Positions 38,624 through 48,535 of a DNA stretch of 64,000 bases are shown here, piece after piece. The DNA lies in contig JBHLLF010000005.1 in assembly GCA_048885865.1 (NCBI GenBank), forward strand, positions 1 to 64,000, read 5' to 3'. Every line of letters begins with the position of its first letter. Within the stretch, counting starts at the first letter, position 1. A program made the translations under genes and the position numbers. The stretch is from Candidatus Hermodarchaeota archaeon (lineage in GTDB: Archaea > Asgardarchaeota > Thorarchaeia > Thorarchaeales > Thorarchaeaceae). The notes under the pieces are model-generated. The model was not told the origin of the DNA. It was given only the letters and a program-made list of their open reading frames with translations, and searched no databases.

Positions 38624-39709
38624 TTGGTCAATCTTGAATCTCAAAATGGCAGCAACACCTCCAAGATTCTGGAGTTGGTCGCCAGCTGGATGGTCTGTGG
38701 ACACGATATGGAATTGACCGCGTGTTTTCTCGGTGTTTCGAATTAGATTGTCCATCCAATGTCGCTGCTCCTCATCGCCTTCTCTTAGCCTCTTGTCTGT
38801 AATCAGGAGATGTTCTACTGCTCCATACTGGACTGCGGCTCTTACTTCCTTATCACCATAGGCCCCAAGGCCGTCACCCTTTGCAATGTGCTCTATTAAT
38901 CCCTCAATAAGCTGCGTTTCAACCTCGAGTTTCAGACCCTCTATAGCTTTTGAGATCACTCCTCTGAACAGAATCTCTTTTGCACCTGGATATCCTATCG
39001 AGTTCAAGCTCTCAACAGATACAGGTGGTTGGTCTTTAATCTTCATTCCACGAAGGAACTCGCTAAAGTGGTCTTTCACAAATCCTGGTCCTGCAATTAT
39101 GATGATTGCTATCTCATTCTGCTCCAATTGGGAACGGATAGCAACTCCTACATTTGAGAAGAAATCCCGCATGGTGGCATCATACGCCTTCTGGTCTCCA
39201 CGCTTTCTAGATATGCTTGTTCGCACGCGAACAGCCTCTCGTATTCCAAAATCTGCAACAAGGAACAGCTCGGCAACTCCATCCTCTATTGTCACCAGCA
39301 GAGCAACCGGACTCTGAGCTTTCTTCTCTGCCTCCTTTATTCGTTCCAGCATGAAATGGGGCCAGTGCTCCTTGATTATCGTCAGGGTACTTCCTTCTTC
39401 CACATTGAATGTGTGATACGAGCCTATGTTGACTAAATCTCCGGGCCCCTCCAGAATGATGCCCTTTAGCCTCACGCGATTGGAGAATGCATGAAACATG
39501 ACATCCTCGACCTTCAAGACTAGTGTCATCGGCTTGCGCACACTATCCTGTTTTCTAGCATCCTCATCGCCAACTTTGACCCTTCGAGTCGTTCTGGAAA
39601 CAACGGTATCACCAGGACTGACTAGATTATACAAATGCCAGAGATCATCAAGGGTCTCTATCTTGAGGGCGATTTTTCCCTCTTTCAGATTGCGCTTCAA
39701 TACCTTCAC
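38618..39709 (-). CDS. pelA: Pelota (ribosome rescue factor)
   Basis: ETLDDLWHL, GSYHT, AGPGFVKD, YG..EV, LGGVAAILRF. Confidence 0.96.
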   Translation of the reverse strand: MKVLKRNLKEGKIALKIETLDDLWHLYNLVSPGDTVVSRTTRRVKVGDEDARKQDSVRKPMTLVLKVEDVMFHAFSNRVRLKGIILEGPGDLVNIGSYHTFNVEEGSTLTIIKEHWPHFMLERIKEAEKKAQSPVALLVTIEDGVAELFLVADFGIREAVRVRTSISRKRGDQKAYDATMRDFFSNVGVAIRSQLEQNEIAIIIIAGPGFVKDHFSEFLRGMKIKDQPPVSVESLNSIGYPGAKEILFRGVISKAIEGLKLEVETQLIEGLIEHIAKGDGLGAYGDKEVRAAVQYGAVEHLLITDKRLREGDEEQRHWMDNLIRNTEKTRGQFHIVSTDHPAGDQLQNLGGVAAILRFKIDQS

Positions 39710-39736
39710 GGTGACACCATCAAAGGAACATCTGTT

Positions 39737-41194
39737 TCAGAAGAAATAGTCTCCGTAGTTACTTTGAGAAATATTATCTCCCTGACCAACACCACGAGGA
39801 TTGTACGAATCCAAGCCCTTTGTCAATGATTCAGCTCTCTTGATATGCAACGGTTTCACGTATTCCGAGGATTCCTGGACGGCTAGGTCTCCCGCAACGC
39901 GAATCAGTCCTCCAAGCTCACGAAGTCTAAGAGTCAAAGCACTACTCGCCCCATCCAGCTTCTGTGCCATAGACTCAGCAGCTTTCAAGACCGAGATAAT
40001 CGCCTCTGTGTTTAGATGAGGAATCCTAGCATCTTCTCTCACTGTCTGAGCCATGAACCTCACGATATCTCTCGTAGTTTCCGGTGTCTTTGCCATCCAT
40101 GAGTCAAGCATAATCTCGTAGCCGTAGCCCCGTATTCGCGACCTCAGAGGTACCAATATCTTGTGCAAGTCTTCCACATTGCACGCTCCAAACAAGACAA
40201 ACCTGCAGGGCACGTCGTCCACACGGACAGCAGCTCCGGAGCTGTGAGGATTTCGTCCAGCAATTGGAAAGGTGCCATCTTGCATCGCCGTGAGCAAATG
40301 CTTTTGATACTGACCTAAGGCAGCAATCTCATCCACGTATAGAATTCCCTCGTGCGCCTCGTGAATTGCACCAGGAATCACTCTGAGATATGGTGCTTTT
40401 CCCAATGACTCTGCGCTTCCATATGGATCATGTTCAACATCACCAAGTAGCTCCACAGGACTAGCTCCGCTAGCCCTCACAAAACGGCTGGAGGCATGTG
40501 AAACCAATACATGATTTGGGGAATCTCCTGGGGGGGCCTGGGGACTAGTTGAATCGTGCACATATTGGACACTGATGGTGTCGTCCTGGGTTCTTTCATA
40601 TGTGGCAACCATAGATACTCCTTTGATTACCTCATGTTGCACAACTGTTGTTAGCGCAGGGTCATCTAACAAATCCAAGGTTCGAAAGAGTCCAGAGAAA
40701 GACGTACTGTCTGTTTCTCCAAAAGTCCAGTCACAACGTTTTATCGCATCGCACTCCATGCATACGCTCTGACTGGGCAGAGAAAGGCTTCCACATCTTG
40801 AACATCGATACCCCATCTTTACCGCTACTTCAAAAGGCGCGTTGTCTGGTCTGATGTAAATCGAGTCTAGCACAGTAGTCGGAATTCCTTCGTCCTGATT
40901 CTCGTCAATCCGCTCAATAACAACTTCCGGGCGATTAGGGCGAGAAGGATTGTGCCGCAGCGATATTTGCTCTTCAGGCTGAGGCAGGAGTGAGGCTGCA
41001 GCATTTGCTAGCATCGATTTTCCGACGCCAGGCACACCACAGAGCAAAACATGTCTCCGTTGTTTCACTGCAGAGCGCACAAGTACTACAGCCCGTTCTT
41101 GGCCTATAATCCTCTCAAAAGGGTCACTCGGCGTTGAAACTTCCTCCGTCGAGTCGATATCCTCAACTATGGCTATGTCTTCATTGAGCCTCAA
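39737..41194 (-). CDS. LonB-like AAA+ ATPase with Zn-ribbon insert, lacking a protease domain
   Basis: IIGQE, GVPGVGKS, LLGDVEHDPY, PGAIHEAHEGILYVDE, LRSRIRGYGYE, LRLRELGGLIR. Confidence 0.85.
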   Translation of the reverse strand: MRLNEDIAIVEDIDSTEEVSTPSDPFERIIGQERAVVLVRSAVKQRRHVLLCGVPGVGKSMLANAAASLLPQPEEQISLRHNPSRPNRPEVVIERIDENQDEGIPTTVLDSIYIRPDNAPFEVAVKMGYRCSRCGSLSLPSQSVCMECDAIKRCDWTFGETDSTSFSGLFRTLDLLDDPALTTVVQHEVIKGVSMVATYERTQDDTISVQYVHDSTSPQAPPGDSPNHVLVSHASSRFVRASGASPVELLGDVEHDPYGSAESLGKAPYLRVIPGAIHEAHEGILYVDEIAALGQYQKHLLTAMQDGTFPIAGRNPHSSGAAVRVDDVPCRFVLFGACNVEDLHKILVPLRSRIRGYGYEIMLDSWMAKTPETTRDIVRFMAQTVREDARIPHLNTEAIISVLKAAESMAQKLDGASSALTLRLRELGGLIRVAGDLAVQESSEYVKPLHIKRAESLTKGLDSYNPRGVGQGDNISQSNYGDYFF

Positions 41195-41241
41195 GTCTCT
41201 CCTGATACCGTCCTAGATGCAAATGATAACAGTGAGTATTA

Positions 41242-42525
41242 CTATTCCATCAGGTCATCGAATGTGGCTATCTGAAGACCGCGTGGGCGCTTATCGAGGT
41301 CTGCAACAGCAGCTCCAATGAGAAGTTTGACATTCTTCGTGGAAGCTGAGTCCGCAAGACGCTGGGTCACTACACCATCGAACACAATAGCATCAGCATT
41401 GTCGATGCTCTCAAGAGTCTTTGCAAGGTCTGCGACACTGCACTCTGCTACAATATTCTTTTCAGCATCAAAGACCACAGCCTTGAAGGTTTCCTTTATC
41501 TCGTCTATCTGACCCAGATACGTATCGTCTACCTCAAGTACAGGTCTACGTGGAGGCTTTTCTCTTCTCGGCTCTCGATATACCGGTCTTTCATACTCTT
41601 CGCTGGGTCGACGGTCTTCTCTTCTTGTTCTCGGTTCTCTTTTTGGTCTCTTGACGGATGTCTTCTTTCTCTCTGAGGGCTTCCTGTCGCTTACCAATGC
41701 CAATGCTTGATCAGCTGGAATCCGTGTCTGAAGAGCCTTATCAACCTCCAGCCGAGAAAGTTCTTCCACCTCTTTACCTTCCGGAGCTCTTGCTATATAG
41801 TCAATCTTGGCAACTTGCATCAGTTCTCGCAGAATCAGGTCTCCCCCTCTATCCCCGTCAAGGAATGCGATGACCTTCTTGCCACGTTTCCTTGTCAGGT
41901 CTGCAATGCTCTTTGGAATATGGGTTCCTTCCACAGCAACTGTGTTATTAATCCCATATTTCATGAGATTGAGAATATCGGCTCTTCCCTCAACAATGAT
42001 TATCTCTTTGCTTTTGGCTAGTTCTGGGCCAGCTGGGAGATTGTCAGGCCCAAACTTGGCAACGCCTCCCTTCCTTCCCTTTGTCACTGCAGTTGTAATT
42101 TCGGTAGCTCCTGGTGCAATATCCTCTTCCCATCCCTTCAGAATGCTGATTGCTCTGCTGACAACCTTCCGCCGCTTTGCGCCTCGGATATCTTCCACTT
42201 TTTCTAGGGTCACCTTAGCCGTGCAGGGTCCTACTCTGTCTACGGTTTCCAGTGACGCTGCGAGTATAGCTGTTGCTGTCTTGTTGAGAGAAACTGGAAT
42301 GACAATCTCGCCGCGACTGTGTCCGCCCTGCGACTTGATGGCAATCTGGATTCTACCAATTCTCCCTGTTCGTTGTAGCTCCCGCAGATCAAGATCCTCT
42401 CCCAAGAGGCCCTCTGTCTGTCCGAATACTGCTCCCACAACATCTGGTTTGTCTACTACACCATCGATGTCAATTTTTGCTCTTATGACGTATTTTGCAG
42501 TACTTGAATCGAAATCTGTTCCCAA
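41242..42525 (-). CDS. dnaG: Archaeal DnaG (primase-like, exosome-associated)
   Basis: VDKPDVVGAVFGQTEGLLG, TOPRIM IVEGRAD / FLDGDRGG, FDGVVTQRL. Confidence 0.97.
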   Translation of the reverse strand: MGTDFDSSTAKYVIRAKIDIDGVVDKPDVVGAVFGQTEGLLGEDLDLRELQRTGRIGRIQIAIKSQGGHSRGEIVIPVSLNKTATAILAASLETVDRVGPCTAKVTLEKVEDIRGAKRRKVVSRAISILKGWEEDIAPGATEITTAVTKGRKGGVAKFGPDNLPAGPELAKSKEIIIVEGRADILNLMKYGINNTVAVEGTHIPKSIADLTRKRGKKVIAFLDGDRGGDLILRELMQVAKIDYIARAPEGKEVEELSRLEVDKALQTRIPADQALALVSDRKPSERKKTSVKRPKREPRTRREDRRPSEEYERPVYREPRREKPPRRPVLEVDDTYLGQIDEIKETFKAVVFDAEKNIVAECSVADLAKTLESIDNADAIVFDGVVTQRLADSASTKNVKLLIGAAVADLDKRPRGLQIATFDDLME

Positions 42526-42840
42526 TGATGGTATCTCCTATGTCATACTGCCCGGTGCTTTTGCCCCTCATAATGAGATGCACTCTTCGCGCACCATCAT
42601 GGTACAGGTACCTATCTCCAACCTCTTCATGTTCGACTAGGAATGGACCCACAGAGTCGGCTTTCTCCCATGCCCTTTTTGTGCAATGATGATTAGATGA
42701 TTCTGATGATTTTGTGATTGATAAACGTCTTATGACGCGCGCGACGGCACCTCACTTCAGGAGGTCAAGCCGTGGCTTGTGATATGATGATATGATGATC
42801 GTAAAGCACACCCGATTCCTTTAGGGTGTGACTCCTTACA
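42526..42840 (-). promoter_or_regulatory. Long structured 5' leader of dnaG with ATC(A) repeats
   Basis: Several hairpins separated by ATCATC-rich tracts; TATA-like CTTCAAATA near 42862-42870. Confidence 0.5.
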
Positions 42841-43271
42841 TGGTTGGTCTGAACTGATGCGTATTTGAAGCTGTCGTTAGCACCATCAGGTTGGCCTGTT
42901 TCTCCACAAATGCCCGAGAATCGCGCCAATTGACAACGCTAATAACCATTGATTCCAAATTCTATACGTTCAGGAGAAATGACCCATTCACGAGGGCACA
43001 CAGAGGCTTTGCCTATGAGGTGTTGCGCAAGGGATGGGTGACAGCCTGGACGATGCCTGTCGAAAACCGTTTGGACGAGTCATAACGGACTCATATGATG
43101 AAACTTAGTTTCAGATGAAATGTGGGTCACCCAGACTTCGTACATTGACAGGCCGGTCGATGCCAATATGCCCAGCACGAGACAACTCGGTGGAGCCAGA
43201 TGCATTTCTGATGCTGTGATGCTGGGAGTTAGTGGTATGGGACACAGGCATCGGCCCCCTCTGATTTGGAC

Positions 43272-43472
43272 CTAATTACCAGATGACGAATCAGGTTCTG
43301 ACCATAACTGAATGAAACCGCATTCTGGACATCGAAAGGCAGAAACCTTGGAAGCTTCTCTGCTGAAGATACCAGTTCTTTGGCCTTTCCATAAGACAGC
43401 CATCTCTCCGGGGGATCCAAGATGTCCGGATGTCATCATCCCGCCACAATTGGAACATGTCCTAGACTCCAA
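43272..43472 (-). CDS. Small Zn-ribbon protein (DUF6487-like)
   Basis: CSNCGG.M..G....W...AFRCPECG; AGGTGA SD. Confidence 0.7.
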   Translation of the reverse strand: MESRTCSNCGGMMTSGHLGSPGEMAVLWKGQRTGIFSREASKVSAFRCPECGFIQLWSEPDSSSGN

Positions 43473-43580
43473 GTAATATCACCTACTTAATCCAAGAAAC
43501 AGAATAGTCTCTTATCGAGTTCAATTTGGCGGCTCATCTTATAAGCTAGAAGCTGCGAGTCGTCAACAGTACACCAAAAC

Positions 43581-44255
43581 TCAAAACTTGAGTTCACGAC
43601 TATCTCCAGGATTCATGACTTCTACTTTCACATCAGATGCCATCTTAGAAACAAGCACTTCGAATTCCTTTGGATCTTGTTCAATTGCAGGAAATGTGTT
43701 GTAATGCATTGGGATGACAGTCTTTGGTCTGACAAGCTTTGTTGCCCATGCAGCTTCTTCTAGTCCACACGTGTAGTACGAGCCTATGGGAATGAAGAGT
43801 AATTCTATGCCATGCATCTTTCCAAGCAATTCCATATCTAGGAACACTCCTGTGTCACCAGTATGATAGACTATACCACATGGAAGATTGACAATGAATC
43901 CTGTTGGAGCACCTATCCCGCATGAATGAAACGCATGAACCAGAGTGACTCTGATGTCACCGATATCTACGCTACCACCAATGTTGAGCGTGTGCACGTT
44001 CTCAACCCCTGCACTCTGTGCCTGCAGTGCAAGCTCGTTGATTGCAACAAAGTATGCACCCGTCTTCTTGCAAATCTCAATAGCTTCTGTATAACCATGA
44101 TCCCCATGGTCATGTGTAACCATGACAATGTCTGCCTTTTCAACGTCTTCCGCCTTCAATGGTGAAGTCGGCCCACTCAACCATGGGTCTATGAAGGCAA
44201 TTCTCTCTCCGCACTCGATTTTGAAGGATGCGTGACCAAGATATGTGACTCTCAT
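43581..44255 (-). CDS. Metallo-beta-lactamase-fold metal-dependent hydrolase (UPF0173-like)
   Basis: YLGHASF, IDPW, THDHGDH, HAFHS, YHTGDT, IPMHYNTF. Confidence 0.92.
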   Translation of the reverse strand: MRVTYLGHASFKIECGERIAFIDPWLSGPTSPLKAEDVEKADIVMVTHDHGDHGYTEAIEICKKTGAYFVAINELALQAQSAGVENVHTLNIGGSVDIGDIRVTLVHAFHSCGIGAPTGFIVNLPCGIVYHTGDTGVFLDMELLGKMHGIELLFIPIGSYYTCGLEEAAWATKLVRPKTVIPMHYNTFPAIEQDPKEFEVLVSKMASDVKVEVMNPGDSRELKF

Positions 44256-44365
44256 CTCATATTTCCCCTGTTGATGATTTGCTGTAACTTGGGAAAGCAG
44301 GAGCGTCGTCACTTAAATCAGTCACTTCTGCGGGCAGGTATTTCTTTGCTATGACGCCAGGTGGC

Positions 44366-44827
44366 TTAGATGGTTGACTGCAAATTCTGTCTAAGCACAA
44401 GAAGACCAATGAGGGCAACAACCGATGGGGCTGGAAGAGGAATTACAAAAACTGCCGGAGGTCCACCCAGCAAAAGAATCGGTGCTGATACCTGCAATAT
44501 TAGAGTGAATAGGACCCCAACTATTGCCTGCCAAAAGCGTGTTCTAAGGAGAAGGAGAACTGCTAGGAATATTGCAGCCAATATCCATATGGCAGCTAAA
44601 GCCAAGAACGAATCGAATCGGGGGTCATAGACCGGCCACCTGTAATGGAATGTGCCTGAATAGAAGTTGACACAACCAAATATGAAAGTCCATCCCGAGA
44701 TTGGATATGTCAACATCAAAGGCACAGCGCCAAGCTCGATGAATGCCATTGGAGTTGCGATAGTCACTGCTATGACAAGAGAGATGAAAATCCCCTGAAC
44801 TGACGGCATTCTATCCCTGAGATTCAT
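44366..44827 (-). CDS. Hypothetical membrane protein
   Basis: 153 aa, several TM helices, PLPAP motif. Confidence 0.65.
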   Translation of the reverse strand: MNLRDRMPSVQGIFISLVIAVTIATPMAFIELGAVPLMLTYPISGWTFIFGCVNFYSGTFHYRWPVYDPRFDSFLALAAIWILAAIFLAVLLLLRTRFWQAIVGVLFTLILQVSAPILLLGGPPAVFVIPLPAPSVVALIGLLVLRQNLQSTI

Positions 44828-44952
44828 TCCAACTCTTTCCTAAGATGATTATAGGAAGAATCACATATCAATGATACAGGCTGGACCAAGATGTAGGTTG
44901 AAGAAATGGACTGTATAGAACTCCTTAAGATTACAATCTACAGCCCTCGTAA

Positions 44953-45852
44953 GTGACAATGACCTCTCCTCATCCTGATTTCATTAAGGCTGGCCGAATT
45001 GCAGCAAGAGTCCTAAAGGAAATGAGCCCTCAAGTCAAGCCTGGAGTCAAGGTTTTGAGAATCTGCACCCTTACAGAGAAGAAGATACTGGAGTATGGAG
45101 GGGGCCTAGCCTTTCCCTGTAATGTTTCTCTGAATGAGGAAGCTGCACATTATACCAGTCCCCATAATGATAGCAGGGTGTTTCCAAAAAAGGGCTTGGT
45201 CAAACTGGATATTGGTGCTCATGTCAATGGTCACCTAGTGGATACAGCTGTCACTATTGATCTAGATGGGTCCTATGAGAACTTCATCGCGGCATCAAGT
45301 TCTGCACTGGACGCCGCTATAGAAGTGATTCAGCCAGGAGTCCGTGTAGGAGAGGTTGGTGCTGCAATCGAACGAGCCATCAAGAAGCATGGTTTGCGCC
45401 CCATTCATCAGCTCTCAGGTCACCAGCTCAAACAGTGGAATCTTCATGCAGGAACGACTGTTCCCAATGTTGGTACACGCAGAGGCGCGAAGATGAATCT
45501 AGGTGAAACCTTCGCAGTGGAACCTTTCGCAACTGATGGCAATGGAACAGTGAAATCGTCACCAGAATCCTACATCTTCGCGAATGTGCTGACCAACAAG
45601 AAAAAACTGGATCGACTGACAAACCAGGTTCGCACCGCCGCACGCAAGAAGTTTGGTCCACTTCCTTGGGCATCAAGATGGCTTAGTAAGTCCCGAGTCG
45701 ATGTTGCGGCAGCACTTCATACTCTTCTCAGAGCAGGTGCAATCAGAAGCTATCCTGTGCTCATTGAGGGCAAGGGTGGTATGGTGTCTCAGTTTGAACA
45801 CAGTCTATTTGTTGGAGAAAAGGGAGCCATAGTTACAACCCTGCGCGATTAA
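44953..45852 (+). CDS. map: Type II methionine aminopeptidase, copy 1
   Basis: AFPCN, AAHYT, KLDIG, DTA, SGH, AVEPF, QFEH. Confidence 0.93.
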   Translation: MTMTSPHPDFIKAGRIAARVLKEMSPQVKPGVKVLRICTLTEKKILEYGGGLAFPCNVSLNEEAAHYTSPHNDSRVFPKKGLVKLDIGAHVNGHLVDTAVTIDLDGSYENFIAASSSALDAAIEVIQPGVRVGEVGAAIERAIKKHGLRPIHQLSGHQLKQWNLHAGTTVPNVGTRRGAKMNLGETFAVEPFATDGNGTVKSSPESYIFANVLTNKKKLDRLTNQVRTAARKKFGPLPWASRWLSKSRVDVAAALHTLLRAGAIRSYPVLIEGKGGMVSQFEHSLFVGEKGAIVTTLRD

Positions 45853-45916
45853 TTCTCCTGAAAGCGTGTATGAAACGTCTTAAGAACAGACATGTCAAGC
45901 AAATTCGTGATGCGTC

Positions 45917-46822
45917 ATGACGCTTGGTCCTCATCCTGACTATGTGAAGGCGGGGAAAATTGCAGCCCGTGTGCTGGATGAGGTGAGTCAAGCGGCTGTG
46001 CCCAAGACCAAGGTCATTAAACTCTGTACAATGGCTGAAAGGAAGATTGTCGACTACGGCGGTCGTCCTGCTTTTCCCTGTAACATTTGCATTGATCATA
46101 TCGCCGCTCATCGCACTTCCCCTTTGAATGATGACGCAGCAATTCCTGCCTTTGGGTTGGTGAAGATTGACATAGGTGTGCATATTGACGGACATATAGT
46201 CGATACTGCATTGACTAAGGACATGGATGGCACTCTTGAGGGATTTATCACAGCCACAGAAGATGCACTTGACGATGCTTTGGACTTGATGCGACCTGGC
46301 ATCGAACTCAGTGAAGTTGGAAAGTCAATCGAGAAAGTCATCAAGGCATATGGCCTAAGACCGATCAAGAACCTCACTGGTCATAACATTAAACGCTACA
46401 AGCTACATGGGGGGAAGACGCTTCCCAATACCAAGACACGAAGTCGAGGAAGGATAGAAGCGGGTGAATACTATGCTATCGAACCCTATGCCACAACTGG
46501 CTTCGGTGAGGTATTGGATACGGATTTCGTCTATATATTCACCAATTCCGTTCTAGATGAGCCATCGAAAGGAACCACTGAGAAACTCAGAGTGTATCTC
46601 AGAAAGAAGTATGGTCCATTACCTTTTACTGCACGCTGGATAAAATCAACGAGTTCCGAAGTGAGTCTCCTAGACGAGTTTAAGCTGCTAGTCAAATCTA
46701 AGGCAATCATCGGTCATCCGATGCAGGTAGAGAAAGGAACGCGACCTGTGAGCGTATCGGAGCATACTGTCTTCATCTCTGACAAGAAGCCCATTATTCT
46801 TACAAAGCTTAGAGAAGACTGA
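45917..46822 (+). CDS. map: Type II methionine aminopeptidase, copy 2
   Basis: AFPCN, AAHRT, KIDIG, DTA, TGH, AIEPY, SEH. Confidence 0.9.
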   Translation: MTLGPHPDYVKAGKIAARVLDEVSQAAVPKTKVIKLCTMAERKIVDYGGRPAFPCNICIDHIAAHRTSPLNDDAAIPAFGLVKIDIGVHIDGHIVDTALTKDMDGTLEGFITATEDALDDALDLMRPGIELSEVGKSIEKVIKAYGLRPIKNLTGHNIKRYKLHGGKTLPNTKTRSRGRIEAGEYYAIEPYATTGFGEVLDTDFVYIFTNSVLDEPSKGTTEKLRVYLRKKYGPLPFTARWIKSTSSEVSLLDEFKLLVKSKAIIGHPMQVEKGTRPVSVSEHTVFISDKKPIILTKLRED

Positions 46823-46827
46823 GCCGT

Positions 46828-47181
46828 CTATTCTGGCTCCTCTTCTCTGACAACATACACTCCATGGATTGTCATGGTGCTGTGACAAGTCGGGCATTGA
46901 GTTTCCATGGGCTTTAGGATATAGTCGCCTGCCTGGAAATCTCTGATTTCCTTGAATGTGCAGTCCGGATTGTCACATCTTATCTCTGTCACAGTTGGTG
47001 GCGGTGGTTTCTTCTCTCCAGCCGTGCTTCTTGAGGTGACCAATGTCAGTCCTACAGACATCAGTATGAGGCCTAGTATGTAGTAACCAAAGGACCAGAC
47101 AGGATCTGACGACCCAAAGAACAGGATTGCTATCCCTGACCCAGCGATGATGATTCCAAATAGTCTGCTAACTAATCCCAT
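46828..47181 (-). CDS. Two-TM protein with C-terminal Zn ribbon
   Basis: CDNPDC..KEIRDF..GDYI..CPTC. Confidence 0.75.
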   Translation of the reverse strand: MGLVSRLFGIIIAGSGIAILFFGSSDPVWSFGYYILGLILMSVGLTLVTSRSTAGEKKPPPPTVTEIRCDNPDCTFKEIRDFQAGDYILKPMETQCPTCHSTMTIHGVYVVREEEPE

Positions 47182-47193
47182 ATTTCTGTCACC

Positions 47194-48354
47194 TCAGAGT
47201 CCAATTCCAATAGTGTTTCCAATTCCAGCTAGGATGACTTTGTCACCGGGTTTTGTTCTCTTCAGAATCGATGTCTTGATTCTCTCTATGACCTCGGGTA
47301 CGGAGTCAAGAATTTTCTTGTCCATCACGCCGACGGCTGCAGCCTCATCCTCTTTAATGACAATGGCCTCGATGCCGATATCATTCTCTGTTGCAGTCTG
47401 CTCCATGGCATGCTTCTCAGGACCTGGGTCTCCAATTGCTGCACCAGTGCCTTCTGACACCCGTCCTAAGTCCTCTCCCTCAAGTTTCAGAGCTGCATCA
47501 ATCGTAATGATTCTCGCAATCTTGCCCTTGTTATCGTCCACGAGTTTCTTGACCGCAAAGCCTGGTTTGCCTACAGTACCGCCTGGACCGGTGGCTCTGA
47601 GTGCATAGACAGTGCGGCCCTCGACCTCTATAGGATAGTAGCCAACTTCTCTGCTTATTTCATGGACATAATTGTCGGGAGTTCCGCCATATTCACGAGC
47701 GAACCGAGTGATTACCAATGGTCCGATTCCATCTCCAATAGGCTTGCCCTCTGCAAACGCATCGAGGGCATCGAAGTATGCTTTTGCTAGTCGCATGATA
47801 TCCGGGAGCTGCATGTGAATCTGCATGATCATGATTTGACTTCCAGTCTTCTTCCCAATCAGGTAGAAGTGTCGAACGATTCGGAAGATCAGGTCTAGAA
47901 CCTGAGTTACTTCAAGGGTATTCTCCAATGATTGATGTTCAGCTGAAACACCCTCTGGCGCAAGCTCCGAAACGAATTCTTGGAAGCGGTCTCTTCGTTC
48001 ATCCAGAAGATGGTCTAACCGTTTCAGTATCCCAGCTGGGTCTAGGTCCACAGGCATTATTGTGAAGTAGTCCAACCAGCGAGCTAGCTCCTTCTCAACC
48101 TCTTCCTCAGGCCTACCGTATTTCTTGAATGTGTCTGTAGCTTTCTGAGTTGATTCCTTTTTCATCTGCTCAAGTTCAGCGAGGCTCGCCTCTATCTGCT
48201 TGAGCCACTGCCACATCTGGATTCTGGCGCCATAGAGACTCATCATGATAATGAACACGAGGAATACAATATTGATGAGCCCTGTGAAGTCGCCTTCTAG
48301 ACCTGGAAACTGCATTTGTATCATCTCGAAAAACTCGAGTTCTCCTTTAACCAT
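47194..48354 (-). CDS. DUF1512-family protein
   Basis: PVDLDPAGI, PIGDGIGP, GPGGTVGKPG, IITIDAALKLEGE, GIGNTIG. Confidence 0.85.
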   Translation of the reverse strand: MVKGELEFFEMIQMQFPGLEGDFTGLINIVFLVFIIMMSLYGARIQMWQWLKQIEASLAELEQMKKESTQKATDTFKKYGRPEEEVEKELARWLDYFTIMPVDLDPAGILKRLDHLLDERRDRFQEFVSELAPEGVSAEHQSLENTLEVTQVLDLIFRIVRHFYLIGKKTGSQIMIMQIHMQLPDIMRLAKAYFDALDAFAEGKPIGDGIGPLVITRFAREYGGTPDNYVHEISREVGYYPIEVEGRTVYALRATGPGGTVGKPGFAVKKLVDDNKGKIARIITIDAALKLEGEDLGRVSEGTGAAIGDPGPEKHAMEQTATENDIGIEAIVIKEDEAAAVGVMDKKILDSVPEVIERIKTSILKRTKPGDKVILAGIGNTIGIGL

Positions 48355-48416
48355 TACTCATTGGGCATATGATTGCGCATGTTGCCCTGTTGGTGAAAGC
48401 CTTGGAATAAGGAGAA

Positions 48417-48535
48417 TGTGGCAGCTTGCAGGCCTGTCACGCGCTCGCGCAGCGCACATCTCCTGCAACGACACCGGGCTTAATTTCCGAGATCGGAACG
48501 GGATCGGATGGACCCCGGCGCCTATGGCCGCCATC
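48417..48535 (-). rRNA. rrf: 5S rRNA, stand-alone
   Basis: Minus strand TGGCGGCCATAG..GGGG..CCGATCCCGTTCCGATCTCGGAAATTAAGCCC..GCTGCCA; termini pair (TGGCGGC/GCTGCCA); ~119 nt; TTTAAAA TATA about 25-30 nt upstream. Confidence 0.9.

Noticed and set aside
41807-42640. 277-aa antisense ORF and the many other 60-200 aa antisense ORFs
   Set aside because: They lie opposite well-supported genes and have no recognisable motifs
42680-42800. Box C/D sRNA or SECIS on the + strand (multiple TGATGA, CTGA)
   Set aside because: Box spacing does not fit C-D'-C'-D and no upstream selenoprotein gene is present; better explained as the complement of the dnaG leader repeats, though not fully excluded
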